From NCBI GenBank assembly GCA_903866625.1, contig CAIPOI010000006.1, forward strand, positions 43,624 to 107,623: DNA of 64,000 nucleotides. The letters run 5' to 3'. The position numbers and the translations under genes were made by a program. The number at the start of each line of letters is the position of its first letter. Positions within the stretch are counted from its first letter, which is position 1. Below, piece after piece: positions 26,771-37,503 of the stretch. Below the pieces are notes generated by a model. That model was not told the origin of the DNA and ran no database searches. It saw only the letters and a program-made list of their open reading frames with translations. This DNA comes from an uncultured archaeon. GTDB lineage: Archaea; Nanobdellota; Nanobdellia; Pacearchaeales; GW2011-AR1.

Positions 26771-29449
26771 ATGACTAAAGAAACAAAAGAAATTTTAAGA
26801 ATAGTTAGAGAGAATTATATTTGGTTAGTTGTGCTTGGACTTATCCTAATTTTATTTCTTGGGATTTATATTAGAAGTGTAGATATCTCTTCTCTGAAAG
26901 ATATAACTACTGGAAACTATACCCTTGGACAAGATTTAGATCCATTTTTATATTTAAGAAATGCTCAGGCAATAATAAATAATAATCTTACTAATCCTGA
27001 TATGATGTGGGCTGCTCCACTTGGAAATCAGCCTTATGCTTACCATAGTTTAATGCCTTGGGTGATGGCAGGATTTTATAAACTATTAAATATTTTTGGA
27101 ACAATAAGCTTAGAATTATCTGCTTGTATACTTCCTATTTTTCTAACGGCTCTTGCGATTATATTCTTTTTCATGTTTGTTCAAAAATCTTTTTCTTATA
27201 TTATAAAAAAGCCTTATGATTCTATTGGCGCTTTAATTGCTGCCCTTTTATATGCAGTTGTCCCCCAGATGCTTCATAGAACTACTGGTGGGATTCCAGA
27301 AATTGAAAGTCTTGGTATGCCCTTTATGTGGCTTGCTTTTTATTTTTTTATTTTAGCTTGGGAAAATAAAAAACAAATTCAAAGTATTGTTCTTGCAGGA
27401 TTATCTGGAATTTTCACAGGCTTAATGGTTTGGAGTTGGGGTGGAAGCGAGTATATATTTTTAGCGCTTTCTCTAACAGTATTTATTTCTTTTTTCTTTA
27501 GTAAGCTTGAAAATAAAAATCTCACAGTTTATGCTATTTGGTGGTTCTTTTCTAATTTGGCTATTTACTTAAGATCCAATATGTCTTTAACAAGTACATT
27601 TAATCGCCTTCCAGATTTTATACTTTCAACAATAGTTTTGGTTATTATTCTGGTTCATTTTATCATGGAAAAGTTTGTTTACTCAAAACCAAATTATAAT
27701 TTTAAATTAGATAAAAAATTAACTTCAGTTATATGCGCCTTACTATTTTTGGTGCTTATTGCTTTAATCTTATTTGGACCAAGTTTTGTGGTAGATAAAG
27801 CTTCTTCGTTGGTAAATTACATTACCACTCCTTTTGAAGAGAGCAGAGTAGGATTAACTGTAGCAGAGAATAAGGTTCCTTACCTTACAGAAATTGATGG
27901 GGCTTTTGATGTTCACCTATTTAACATAACTATTTCTTTATTCTGGTTCTTCTTTTTTGGGAGCATGGTATTATTTTACTATGCAGTAAAGCATTTTAAC
28001 ATAAAAGATAGGTTAATATTAAATGCAGCATTCATAATCTTCTTAGTAGGATTGATGTTTAGTAGAATTTCTTCTTCAAATCTAATGAATGGAGATAATT
28101 TTGTTAGCAAATTTGCTTACTTTGGCAGCATTGTTCTACTATTTGCTGTAATAATAAGGATTTATTTTAAGGAACAAAAAAACAAAGAGGATTCTTTTTC
28201 AAAAATTAATTTTATCTATCTACTTTTAATTAGCTTAACATTTTTTTCTGCAATATCCATGCGTGGAGCAGTAAGACTTTTATTTATTATTTCACCATTT
28301 GTAGTTATTAGTACAAGTTATCTTCTTGCAAAGTTAATGGAGAAAACTGCAGAAAGAAAAAATGGTAAAAATTTCTTGCCGTATATTTTACTAAGCATTA
28401 TTTTAATTGCGTTGGTATTATTTGTAGCTAAAGGATATGCTCAACAAAGTTATTATGAAACCAAGTATACTACTGCTCCAGGACCTTACCAAATAGAATG
28501 GCAGAATGCTATGGCTTGGGTGAGAAATAATACTGCACAGAATGCTATATTTGTACACTGGTGGGATTATGGTTACTGGATTCAAACAATCGGTAAAAGA
28601 GCTACTGTAACAGATGGAGGACATTTAATTAATTACTGGGATCATACAACTGCAAGATATTTAATGACTGCAGAAAAAGAGCAAACCGCACTTCAACTGG
28701 CTAAAGCCCATAATGTATCCTATATTTTATTTGATTCTACAGATATAAGCAAATATGGGGCTTTTGCAAGCATTGGAAGTGATAAAGATTGTTCGAGTGG
28801 TGGAGATAGATGTGGTTATATAAACACTTTTATCGTCGATGAAAATCAAACCCAAGAATTAAAGAATGAAGTAGTTTTTGTTTATGTTTCTTATGGCGGC
28901 TTGCCTATTGATGAAGATATTGTTTGGAATGGGCAACTATTGCCTCAAAACAAAGCAGGAATTATAGGGTTTTTGGTTCATCAGTCCGGGAATCAAATAA
29001 AGGGTGTAGAAGCAGTAATCTATTACAAAAATCAAAGATATGATGTGCCTGTAAATTATGTTTATTTCAATAATAAAAAAGTAAAGGTTTCTAATAGTGG
29101 AATAGATGCTGTATTCTACTTTATACCTACTCTTAGTTCAAAATCAATAAATCCCATAGGTTCGGGCTTATATCTTTCTCCGAGAGTTGCAAGAAGCGAG
29201 TTTGCAAGAGTTTATCTTTTAGGAGAAACAAATCTCAAGTTAGTTCATGAAGAAAATTTTGAAGTAGTTAAACAGATTAATAGTGCTTATGGAACAAATT
29301 TCAGTTTTGTTTTAGCAAATCAGCTTTATGGTCCAATTAGAATTTACTCTGTGGGGGATCTAACTAATGTCCCATACTATTCACAGTATACTGAAAGAAA
29401 ATCTTTAGAAAATTCAGATTTTGCTAAACTCGATTACCTCGGAAAATAA
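26771..29449 (+). CDS. aglB: Oligosaccharyltransferase AglB/STT3
   Basis: DPF in loop 1, many TMs, TVAE motif, WWDYG motif and DK-like DISKYGAF. Confidence 0.95.
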   Translation: MTKETKEILRIVRENYIWLVVLGLILILFLGIYIRSVDISSLKDITTGNYTLGQDLDPFLYLRNAQAIINNNLTNPDMMWAAPLGNQPYAYHSLMPWVMAGFYKLLNIFGTISLELSACILPIFLTALAIIFFFMFVQKSFSYIIKKPYDSIGALIAALLYAVVPQMLHRTTGGIPEIESLGMPFMWLAFYFFILAWENKKQIQSIVLAGLSGIFTGLMVWSWGGSEYIFLALSLTVFISFFFSKLENKNLTVYAIWWFFSNLAIYLRSNMSLTSTFNRLPDFILSTIVLVIILVHFIMEKFVYSKPNYNFKLDKKLTSVICALLFLVLIALILFGPSFVVDKASSLVNYITTPFEESRVGLTVAENKVPYLTEIDGAFDVHLFNITISLFWFFFFGSMVLFYYAVKHFNIKDRLILNAAFIIFLVGLMFSRISSSNLMNGDNFVSKFAYFGSIVLLFAVIIRIYFKEQKNKEDSFSKINFIYLLLISLTFFSAISMRGAVRLLFIISPFVVISTSYLLAKLMEKTAERKNGKNFLPYILLSIILIALVLFVAKGYAQQSYYETKYTTAPGPYQIEWQNAMAWVRNNTAQNAIFVHWWDYGYWIQTIGKRATVTDGGHLINYWDHTTARYLMTAEKEQTALQLAKAHNVSYILFDSTDISKYGAFASIGSDKDCSSGGDRCGYINTFIVDENQTQELKNEVVFVYVSYGGLPIDEDIVWNGQLLPQNKAGIIGFLVHQSGNQIKGVEAVIYYKNQRYDVPVNYVYFNNKKVKVSNSGIDAVFYFIPTLSSKSINPIGSGLYLSPRVARSEFARVYLLGETNLKLVHEENFEVVKQINSAYGTNFSFVLANQLYGPIRIYSVGDLTNVPYYSQYTERKSLENSDFAKLDYLGK

Positions 29450-29450
29450 A

Positions 29451-30452
29451 ATGTTAACAGAAACAATCTTTGGTTATGAAATTCTTTTAATTAGCTTTTG
29501 CATCTCGGTTTTATTTACTTATGCTTGGATTAGAGTAGCAAAAAGAAGTAAGGGTATGATTGTTCCAGATATGAATAAACATAATAAACCAAAAATACCC
29601 AAAACAGGAGGGTTAGCAGTAGTTTTAGCAGTAATCCTTGCAATATTCTTTTACATTTTCGTAAAAACTTTTCTTATTCAATCACTTAGCCATCTTATTG
29701 AGATATTAACTTTTATGATAATTCTACTATTGGCTTGCTTTATTGGAACTATCGACGACATTTTCGGTTGGAAGAAATCTCTTAAGGGTTGGCATAAAAT
29801 CATCATGACTCTTCCGATTGCCTTACCATTAGTGGTTATAAACGCAGGACAGCATGTAATGGACGTTCCTTTTATGGGTGCGATTAATTTTGGCTTAATT
29901 TACCCTCTTTTGCTTATTCCCCTAGCAGTAATTGGAACAAGTAATGGATTTAATATGCTCGCGGGCTATAACGGATTAGAAGCAGGATTGGGTTTGGTTA
30001 TATTTTCCTTTCTTGGGACAAAAAGTTTGTTAACTGGCCAGATTTGGCTGGCTATACTTGCAGGAATAATTATTGCTGCGTTAATTGGTTTTTTAATATT
30101 CAATAAATGCCCTGCAAAAGTCTTTCCAGGGAATTCTTTAACCTATTCTCTTGGAGCAATGATTGCAGTATTTGCAATTCTTGGAAATATAGAAAAAACC
30201 GCTTTAATTTTATTTATACCTTTTATAATTGAGGGGGTATTAAAAGCAAGAAGTAAGTTTAAAGCACAAAATTTCGGAATACCGAATAAAGATAACAGCC
30301 TTGAACTTCCTTATCCAAAATACTATAGTCTAACCCATCTAAGCATTAAAATACTAAAAATAATCAAACCAAGTAAAAAAGTTTATGAAAAAGATGTTGT
30401 GCTGCTATTGGTTTTTGTAGAGATTCTCTTGGGTTTGATAGCCCTTGCTTAA
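29451..30452 (+). CDS. Polyprenyl-phosphate HexNAc-1-phosphate transferase (AglH/GPT/MraY-like family)
   Basis: DMNK, PKTGG, GTIDD, NGFNMLAGYNGLE and PAKVFPG motifs; ATG at 29451. Confidence 0.9.
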   Translation: MLTETIFGYEILLISFCISVLFTYAWIRVAKRSKGMIVPDMNKHNKPKIPKTGGLAVVLAVILAIFFYIFVKTFLIQSLSHLIEILTFMIILLLACFIGTIDDIFGWKKSLKGWHKIIMTLPIALPLVVINAGQHVMDVPFMGAINFGLIYPLLLIPLAVIGTSNGFNMLAGYNGLEAGLGLVIFSFLGTKSLLTGQIWLAILAGIIIAALIGFLIFNKCPAKVFPGNSLTYSLGAMIAVFAILGNIEKTALILFIPFIIEGVLKARSKFKAQNFGIPNKDNSLELPYPKYYSLTHLSIKILKIIKPSKKVYEKDVVLLLVFVEILLGLIALA

Positions 30453-30453
30453 A

Positions 30454-31560
30454 ATGATTGCAATTATCATCGGAACTCGGGCAGAATTAATAAAAAGTTT
30501 TCCAGTTATGCTCGAGCTTCAAAAAAGAAAATTGCCCTATTATTTTATTCATACTGGTCAGCATAATCTAAAGGATTTATGCAGGCTGTTTGGAGTAAAG
30601 AATCCAGATGTAGTTTTATCTAAAGAACCAGAAAAGAGTTCAAGATTTAATGAAAATGCCTTAAAGGGCATATTTTGGAACATTTCTTTAGTGTTTAAAA
30701 TAAAAAAAGAGCTTTCTAAAATAAAAGATCTAAAATATGTGATTTATCATGGAGATACTATGACTACCGCAACAGCTGCAATAGCTTCTTCAAAACTCTT
30801 GAATCCCTTTAAAAAATATAAAAATGTCCACCTTGAAGCAGGATTAAGAAGCGGGACTATATTTGAACCTATGCCTGAAGAGATTTCCAGAAAATTATGT
30901 GATAGATTTTCAGATATTTTACTTGCAGTTTCTAATCTGGCAGAAAATAATCTAAAAAAAGAAAAGCAAAAAGGAAAGATTATACTCTCAGGCAATACTA
31001 TAATTGATTCTGCTACAATTTGCCTAAAAAAAGCAGAACAAAAGAAAATGAGGGCTCTTTCAAAAGAAAAATTTGCATTAATAACTGTCCATAGACATGA
31101 AAACATAAAAAGTAAAGAACGAATGAAAAATATAATCCAAATTCTTTCTTATTTGCCTATTCCAAGTTATTTTGCACTTCATAGCAATACTTTGGCAAAA
31201 CTAAAAGAAATGGGTTTATATGAAGAACTTATAAAAAATCCAAATGTAAAAATAATAGAACCTATAGACTATATTTCTTTTATCTATCAGATGAAAAAAT
31301 GCTCTTTAATAGTATGTGATGGGGGCAGTATGCAAGAAGAAAGTTTATTATTTCAAAAACCGTGTATAATCCTTAGGAAAGCTACAGAAAGACAAGAAGG
31401 GCTTGAAAGTAATTTTCAGTTCTTAACAAAGCTTGATGTTGAAAAGACTAAAGCTAAAATAAAAGAGTATCTGGCAGAAGATTTTAAAGTAAAACCTATA
31501 AAAAATCCTTATGGGAAGCCTGGATTAAGCAGTAAAATCGTGGATATTTTAAAAAAATGA
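30454..31560 (+). CDS. wecB: UDP-N-acetylglucosamine 2-epimerase (non-hydrolysing)
   Basis: GTRAELIK, HTGQH, HGDT, HLEAGLRS, HRHEN, DGGSMQEE and NPYG motifs. Confidence 0.92.
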   Translation: MIAIIIGTRAELIKSFPVMLELQKRKLPYYFIHTGQHNLKDLCRLFGVKNPDVVLSKEPEKSSRFNENALKGIFWNISLVFKIKKELSKIKDLKYVIYHGDTMTTATAAIASSKLLNPFKKYKNVHLEAGLRSGTIFEPMPEEISRKLCDRFSDILLAVSNLAENNLKKEKQKGKIILSGNTIIDSATICLKKAEQKKMRALSKEKFALITVHRHENIKSKERMKNIIQILSYLPIPSYFALHSNTLAKLKEMGLYEELIKNPNVKIIEPIDYISFIYQMKKCSLIVCDGGSMQEESLLFQKPCIILRKATERQEGLESNFQFLTKLDVEKTKAKIKEYLAEDFKVKPIKNPYGKPGLSSKIVDILKK

Positions 31561-32561
31561 GGATATTAAATGCGATAAGAAGCAGTAAAACTGGATATAA
31601 ACTTAGTAGAAGATTGCTTCTTTCTCCCCTTCTTACAGAAAATAAAATTTATGATAGGATTTATACTAAAAAGATAAACAAGGCGATAAATAGCTTAGAA
31701 AACTCGCCACCGAGCACTGTTGAAATAGGTATAACCAATGCATGTAACTCAGATTGTATTATGTGTCCCCACTCTAAACTAAAAAACATTGGATTTATGA
31801 AATCTGAACTTTTTGAAAAAATAATAGACGATTGCGCCAAGAGTGGAATTAAATCAGTTACTCTTTCTTTTTTTGGAGAGGCTTTATTGGATAAAAAACT
31901 TATAGAAAAAATAAAATATGCAAAATCTAAGGGTCTTCGCGTAGGATTTTTTAGTAATGCCTCCCTTATGAACGAAATTTGGGCTCATAAGCTTATTGAA
32001 TCAGGATTAGATTACATAAATATTAGTTTTGATGCTTATAAAAAAGAAACTTATGAAAAGATTAGAAAAGGATTAAGCTTTGAAATCACTAGAGAGAATA
32101 TCAAAAGGCTTGTTGAACTTAAAAAACAGCTTAATAGTAAAACTCCTGCAATTAATCTTGCTTTTGTGGAATTAACAGAAAATCAGGGTGAAATCAAAGA
32201 TTTTTATAAAGATTGGAAAGGCAAGGTTCAAGACATAAACGTATTAAATATGAGAAATTGGGCTGGTCAAATAGGAAAAGAATCTAAAAGCAGTTTTCAT
32301 TTTAAGTCTAAGGACAAGAGAAGACCATGTTCTCTGATATGGCAAAAGATGATTGTGGATTGGAATGGAGAGGTTGTTCTATGTTGCGATGATTGGAATC
32401 ATTCAGTGGTTCTCGGAGATTTAAATAAGCAAACCCTAATGCATGTCTGGAATGGTGAAAAGTTAAGAAAAATAAGAGAACTGCATAAAAAAGGAGAATT
32501 TAACAAAATAGGAATTTGCTCGAACTGCAATAAAAAAACAGTTTGGTGGCTCATAGGTTAA
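31557..32561 (+). CDS. Radical SAM protein with SPASM/twitch domain
   Basis: CNSDCIMC; C-terminal PC..W..DWNG.V.LCC.D...C..C. Confidence 0.9.
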   Translation: MRILNAIRSSKTGYKLSRRLLLSPLLTENKIYDRIYTKKINKAINSLENSPPSTVEIGITNACNSDCIMCPHSKLKNIGFMKSELFEKIIDDCAKSGIKSVTLSFFGEALLDKKLIEKIKYAKSKGLRVGFFSNASLMNEIWAHKLIESGLDYINISFDAYKKETYEKIRKGLSFEITRENIKRLVELKKQLNSKTPAINLAFVELTENQGEIKDFYKDWKGKVQDINVLNMRNWAGQIGKESKSSFHFKSKDKRRPCSLIWQKMIVDWNGEVVLCCDDWNHSVVLGDLNKQTLMHVWNGEKLRKIRELHKKGEFNKIGICSNCNKKTVWWLIG

Positions 32562-32591
32562 TTATTTAAATAAAAAAATATTAAATTTATA

Positions 32592-32804
32592 ATGATTGCA
32601 TTAATCTTAACCCTTTTGGATTTATTTAGCACAATTATACTCGGAGCCATAATAGTTACTTCACCATGCTTATTTACACATCAACCCGTGCCGAAAATTA
32701 TATCTTATTCAATTGTTTTTTTTATAAATCTTGCAATTGGGATATTTATGGTTTATACTTATTGGTTTGATTCCAAGTATAGAAAAAATAAATTGCAGAA
32801 TTAA
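32592..32804 (+). CDS. Small two-TM membrane protein
   Basis: 70-aa ORF with two hydrophobic segments. Confidence 0.5.
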   Translation: MIALILTLLDLFSTIILGAIIVTSPCLFTHQPVPKIISYSIVFFINLAIGIFMVYTYWFDSKYRKNKLQN

Positions 32805-32850
32805 TAAAACAAATAGCAATATTTAAAACTTAACTAAAACTCATTCTATA

Positions 32851-33990
32851 ATGAAAAAGATCAGAGTTTATATCCAATATCCTTGGAAGACTTCAGATTC
32901 CCCATATTACAAGGCTCTTGTTGAAAATCCTCCAAAAAATGTAGAATATCTCAAGAGCGAACATAAATTAAATCTGATTATCTCTCCTAAATTCGGACTT
33001 TTTACAGCAGTGAAAAAACTCGTTAGACATCTCTTTGCAATAAGAAGAATGCCTAACATAAGAACACAAGAAAAAGTAAATTGTGATTTGTATCATAGTG
33101 CCCATTGTTTACTAGAAGGAGATAAGCCTTGGATAGTTGATATCGAAAACTACTGGAACTTTGCCCCCTCTTATTTTATTGCTCATTCGAAAAAGGGAAA
33201 AAGTTTAATATCTTCATACTTAAAAAGCAAGAACTGCAAAAAGATTGTTGCTTGGACTGAAGAAGCTAAAAAAACCGTTGTTGGAGCTTTAAAAGATAAC
33301 GAAATTGAAAATAAAATAGAGGTAGTTTACCCTGCAATACCTCTCCCAAAGTTTAATAAGATAAAAAAAGATAAGATTACCCTTTTATTTTTGGGAAGAT
33401 ATTTTTATTCAAAGGGAGGTTGGCATACATTAAAGATTTTTGATGCAATAACTAAGAAATTTGATAATGTAGAGTGTATATTTATTTCTCAAACACCCAA
33501 AAAGTTTATAAAAAAATATTCTAACAATAAGAAGATAAAATTTTACGAGCTTATGGATAAGAAAAAAATATTTGAAGAGATTTATCCCCAAGCAGACATA
33601 TTTGTATACCCTGGATTTAGTGATACTTTTGGTTTTGCAATGATTGAAGCAATGGGTTTTGGACTTCCAGTTTTAAGTGTAAATAGGTTTGCTAGAGAAG
33701 AGATTATAACAAATGAAAAAACAGGATTCATTATAAAAATTCCTCAAATAACATATGGTACTGCATTTCCAAATATACAAGATGGTGTACCTATAGTTCC
33801 AAATGAAGAAGCAATGATTGATGAGTTTATAAAAAGAATTTCAGACCTAATAGAGGATAAGAAAAAACTTGAAAAAATGAGTAAAAATTGTATAAGCGAG
33901 GTTAAGAGTGGAAAATTTTCATTAGAAAGAATGAATAAATCCTATGAAAAAATATACTCGCAAGCATTAAATAAAAATGAAAAAAATTGA
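32851..33990 (+). CDS. GT4 (GT-B) glycosyltransferase
   Basis: ADIFVYP..DTFG..MIEAMGFGLPV (D-x7-E variant of E-x7-E). Confidence 0.88.
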   Translation: MKKIRVYIQYPWKTSDSPYYKALVENPPKNVEYLKSEHKLNLIISPKFGLFTAVKKLVRHLFAIRRMPNIRTQEKVNCDLYHSAHCLLEGDKPWIVDIENYWNFAPSYFIAHSKKGKSLISSYLKSKNCKKIVAWTEEAKKTVVGALKDNEIENKIEVVYPAIPLPKFNKIKKDKITLLFLGRYFYSKGGWHTLKIFDAITKKFDNVECIFISQTPKKFIKKYSNNKKIKFYELMDKKKIFEEIYPQADIFVYPGFSDTFGFAMIEAMGFGLPVLSVNRFAREEIITNEKTGFIIKIPQITYGTAFPNIQDGVPIVPNEEAMIDEFIKRISDLIEDKKKLEKMSKNCISEVKSGKFSLERMNKSYEKIYSQALNKNEKN

Positions 33991-35101
33991 TGTAATTATA
34001 ACCGATTCTGAATTAAAACATAGCTTAGCTACGGTAAGAGCGCTTGGAAAAGAAAAGCTAAAGGTTGCTACTTGTTCTGAAAAATTTAGTGCAACAAAAC
34101 TTTCTAGATACTCTAAATATTCCTTTAAGTATAATAAGAATAATTTGATAACTAAAGTTCTGGAAAATGCAGGTGAAGATAAAACTTCAACTTTAATTCC
34201 TATAGGGTATAATTCTAATATTCTATGCTCTAAAAATAAAAAAATTCTTATGAAGAAATTTAATATGTTAATAGCAGACTATGATAAAATCACACTTGCC
34301 TCAGATAAAGAAAAGATTAATTCGATTTTAGATAAAATTAAATTTCCAAAACCAAAGACTTGGATTATAAAATCTATGGGTGACATAAAAAAGGTAGATT
34401 TTAATGGCCCGATGATAATTAAATCAAGTCAAGAGATGAGGGGCAAAAAAGTAGAGTATTTGAATAATCTTGAAGAATTAAAACAAAAAGCAAAGGAGAG
34501 ATTAAACTATGGAACTCAAATAGTTCAAGAAAGAGTTAGGGGTTTTGGGTGTGGATTTTTTGCTCTTTGTAAAAAAGGTAAGGTAAAAGTTAGCTTTCAA
34601 CATAGAAGAATAAGAGAGTATCCCTATTCGGGGGGGGTTAGCTCTTGTGCTGAAAGCTATTATGACCCGAAACTAGAATCGCTTGGGAAAAAAATAGTAA
34701 AAGCTTTGAATTGGGAGGGTATATGCATGATAGAGTTTATTTGTGAAGATAAAACTAAGAACTATAAATTAATTGAAATGAATGCAAAATTCTGGGGTTC
34801 TCTTGATTTAGCTATTGCCTCTGGAATTAATTTCCCATATCTACTCTATCTTGAAGCAAATAACAAACCCTACACTATTCCTAAATATAAAACCGGAGTA
34901 AGATTTCAGTGGATTCTTCCTGAAGATACTTTAAGAATAAAAACTTCTCCAAAAAAACTGGGGGCTATCAAAGAATATTTAACTGATTTGTTTAGTTTTA
35001 AAGTAAAAAAAGATATAGGATACATATTTATAGATCCGCTACCTACTTTGCTTAGAATTGGAGCAACTTTTATAAAATTATTCAAATGGAACTTAAATTA
35101 G
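33977..35101 (+). CDS. ATP-grasp domain protein (carboxylate-amine ligase-like)
   Basis: IVQERV.G, HRRIRE.P..GG.S and IEMNAKFWGS..LA...G.NFP motifs. Confidence 0.85.
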   Translation: MKKIDVIITDSELKHSLATVRALGKEKLKVATCSEKFSATKLSRYSKYSFKYNKNNLITKVLENAGEDKTSTLIPIGYNSNILCSKNKKILMKKFNMLIADYDKITLASDKEKINSILDKIKFPKPKTWIIKSMGDIKKVDFNGPMIIKSSQEMRGKKVEYLNNLEELKQKAKERLNYGTQIVQERVRGFGCGFFALCKKGKVKVSFQHRRIREYPYSGGVSSCAESYYDPKLESLGKKIVKALNWEGICMIEFICEDKTKNYKLIEMNAKFWGSLDLAIASGINFPYLLYLEANNKPYTIPKYKTGVRFQWILPEDTLRIKTSPKKLGAIKEYLTDLFSFKVKKDIGYIFIDPLPTLLRIGATFIKLFKWNLN

Positions 35102-35736
35102 ATTTGCATATGCATAGTTCATTTTCGTATGATTCGAAGATGAAAGTAGAAGAGATTATTAAACGGGCCATTAGAAAAGGACTTGATGGAATCGCTATAA
35201 CCGATCATGAAACTTTTAAAGGTGCGATTTTAGCTGAGAAAATTGCTAAGGAAATAGACTCTAAGTTTATAATTCTAAAGGGGGAAGAAATAGAAACGGA
35301 AATAGGCGACATTATAGGATTATTTTTGAAGAAAGAAGTGAAATCAAGAAAGTTTAAAGAAGTAGTAAGTGAAATCAAGAAACAGGGAGGGTTAGTGGTT
35401 TTACCTCATCCTGGAAAATATCATAAAATTAATAATGAGGTTATAAAAAATGTGGATTTGGTTGAGATTTTTAATTCTCAACTAACGGATTCTGCAAATA
35501 ATATTGCTAAAGAAATTGTTAAATCTAACAAAAAACCCTTTGTTGCAGGAAGCGACGCACATAATCTGTTTCAGATTGGAAGGGGAGTAACAAAAATTAA
35601 AAGCAAATCATTATCTGAGAAGGACTTAAAACTCGCATTATTAGAAAAAAATAAAGAAATCATCATAAATAAGCCAAATATTATTTTAAGATTTTGGATA
35701 ATTTTTTTAAAGGTTTGGAGGAAATATGTCAAATAG
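35086..35736 (+). CDS. PHP-domain metallo-phosphoesterase
   Basis: DLHMHS, AITDH, GEE, PHP and GSDAH motifs. Confidence 0.9.
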   Translation: MELKLDLHMHSSFSYDSKMKVEEIIKRAIRKGLDGIAITDHETFKGAILAEKIAKEIDSKFIILKGEEIETEIGDIIGLFLKKEVKSRKFKEVVSEIKKQGGLVVLPHPGKYHKINNEVIKNVDLVEIFNSQLTDSANNIAKEIVKSNKKPFVAGSDAHNLFQIGRGVTKIKSKSLSEKDLKLALLEKNKEIIINKPNIILRFWIIFLKVWRKYVK

Positions 35737-36502
35737 TGTATCGGTTCATGTAGATGGATACTATGGGCTAAAATATGGAGTAACTAATTTGTTAGAATTA
35801 TTTAAAAAGTACAATATCAAAGCAACTTTCTTTGTAAATATGGGTAGAGAAGCAGGAATATTTAAAATTCTAAAGTACAGAACAAAAGAACTAAAAAAAT
35901 CGGATAAAGAAATTGTAAATAGATATTCTAAAATTCAAATGTTAAGAATGTTGTTTTTTCCGAGAGCTTTAGGCTATAAAAATTGTAAAATATTAAAACA
36001 GATAAAAGATGCAGGGCATGAAGTAAATCCTCATTGTTGGAGTCATCTATTATGGTCTAAAAACTTTGATAAAATGGATATAGAAAATCAAATAAAAAAG
36101 ATGAAGGAGAGTTTTGTTAGATGTTTGAATCAAGAGCCTACGGGATTTGCTCCACCCACATGGAAATGGAACAGCAGAGTTATAGATTTCTTAAAAAAAG
36201 CAGGGTTTAGCTATATTTCTACAAACAATGCCAAATTTTCTAAGATTACTAAAAGTAATGGTATAACTCTAATTCCCCTAACTTATGATAAGACTCCGGA
36301 AGAGATGCTAAATGAGGGGATGAGTGAAAAAGAGGTTATTAAATACTATAAAGAAAAAGTCATAAAAAAAGAGTTTAATATTTACTTTCATGCAGATTAT
36401 GAAGGAATTCGGGGATTAAAATTAACAGAGGAAATATTAAAGTTAATAAATCCCAAAACCTTAAAGACTTATACAGAAATTGTTAGCGCTAATGAAAAAT
36501 AA
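35726..36502 (+). CDS. Polysaccharide deacetylase/ArnD-like deformylase (CE4/NodB fold)
   Basis: HVD, ATFF, GHEV..H.WSH, APP.W and HADYEG motifs. Confidence 0.82.
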   Translation: MSNSVSVHVDGYYGLKYGVTNLLELFKKYNIKATFFVNMGREAGIFKILKYRTKELKKSDKEIVNRYSKIQMLRMLFFPRALGYKNCKILKQIKDAGHEVNPHCWSHLLWSKNFDKMDIENQIKKMKESFVRCLNQEPTGFAPPTWKWNSRVIDFLKKAGFSYISTNNAKFSKITKSNGITLIPLTYDKTPEEMLNEGMSEKEVIKYYKEKVIKKEFNIYFHADYEGIRGLKLTEEILKLINPKTLKTYTEIVSANEK

Positions 36503-37469
36503 AACAATAACTTTTGGATGTACTCTTTTGAATGAAGAAGATAATATAGAAACCTTTCTTAATTCTATAACTGAACAATCAATAAAACCACAGGAAATTG
36601 TAATTGTGGATGGTGGTTCAACCGATAGGACTCTTGAAATAATAAAAAGGATTCAGAAAGAATCAAAAGTGCCTATCAAAGTTGTAGTAAGCAAGGGCGC
36701 GAATATAGCAAAAGGAAGAAATATTTATACACGCTTGGCAAAAAGTGATTTATTATTTTCTGGAGATGCAAGCACAAGATTTGAAAAAGATTGGATAAAA
36801 AAACTTCTTAAGGGTTTTGAGGCAGGCGGAGATGTAGTTTTCGGAACATATGTTCCAGAAGAGCCAAAAACTATATTTGATAAAGTAGTTAATACTCGCG
36901 TTAGAGACTATTCAAAGTATAGTGAAGAAGATTGGGCTAAGGAAGAACCTTCTAATCGTCAAGCAGCCTATAAAATGTCAAGTTGGAAAAAGGTTGGGAA
37001 GTTTCCTGAATGGATGAATCGAGCAGATGATGCTTGGATTTATGAAAAAGCCAAAAAGATGGGACTAAAATTTGTACCTGTAAAGGATGCAAAGGTTTAT
37101 TGGAAACCCAGAAAAAGTCTTAAAGAATATGTTAATCTTGCGTATCAAGATTCTTTGTCGGATGGAATAGCAGTCAATATAATTTTAAGAAGAAAGATTT
37201 ATTTTGCAGAAATATTTGTTGCTCTTTTTTTCGTTTTTTCAGTTATTTATAGTTTTTTTAATAGAATTTTTGGATTTATTGCTATGGGAATAGTCTTGGC
37301 AATCTTCTTAGCTTATGCTTTAAAAACTTCCCTAAAATCTAAAGAGATAATAGTTTGCATATATGCTGGGATTATATCTGTCTTGCTATTTTTTGCACAT
37401 TCTTTTGGAGCTATAATTGGATTGATTATAAAACTAATAAGGCTCATTAAAAGAGAAAAAAATCGATAA
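36492..37469 (+). CDS. GT2 glycosyltransferase with C-terminal TM helices
   Basis: NEE, VDGGSTD and GRN motifs; hydrophobic C-terminus; ATG at 36492. Confidence 0.88.
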   Translation: MKNKTITFGCTLLNEEDNIETFLNSITEQSIKPQEIVIVDGGSTDRTLEIIKRIQKESKVPIKVVVSKGANIAKGRNIYTRLAKSDLLFSGDASTRFEKDWIKKLLKGFEAGGDVVFGTYVPEEPKTIFDKVVNTRVRDYSKYSEEDWAKEEPSNRQAAYKMSSWKKVGKFPEWMNRADDAWIYEKAKKMGLKFVPVKDAKVYWKPRKSLKEYVNLAYQDSLSDGIAVNIILRRKIYFAEIFVALFFVFSVIYSFFNRIFGFIAMGIVLAIFLAYALKTSLKSKEIIVCIYAGIISVLLFFAHSFGAIIGLIIKLIRLIKREKNR

Positions 37470-37503
37470 AAAGGTTTATAAGTAAAAATAACCAAAGAGG
37501 TTT

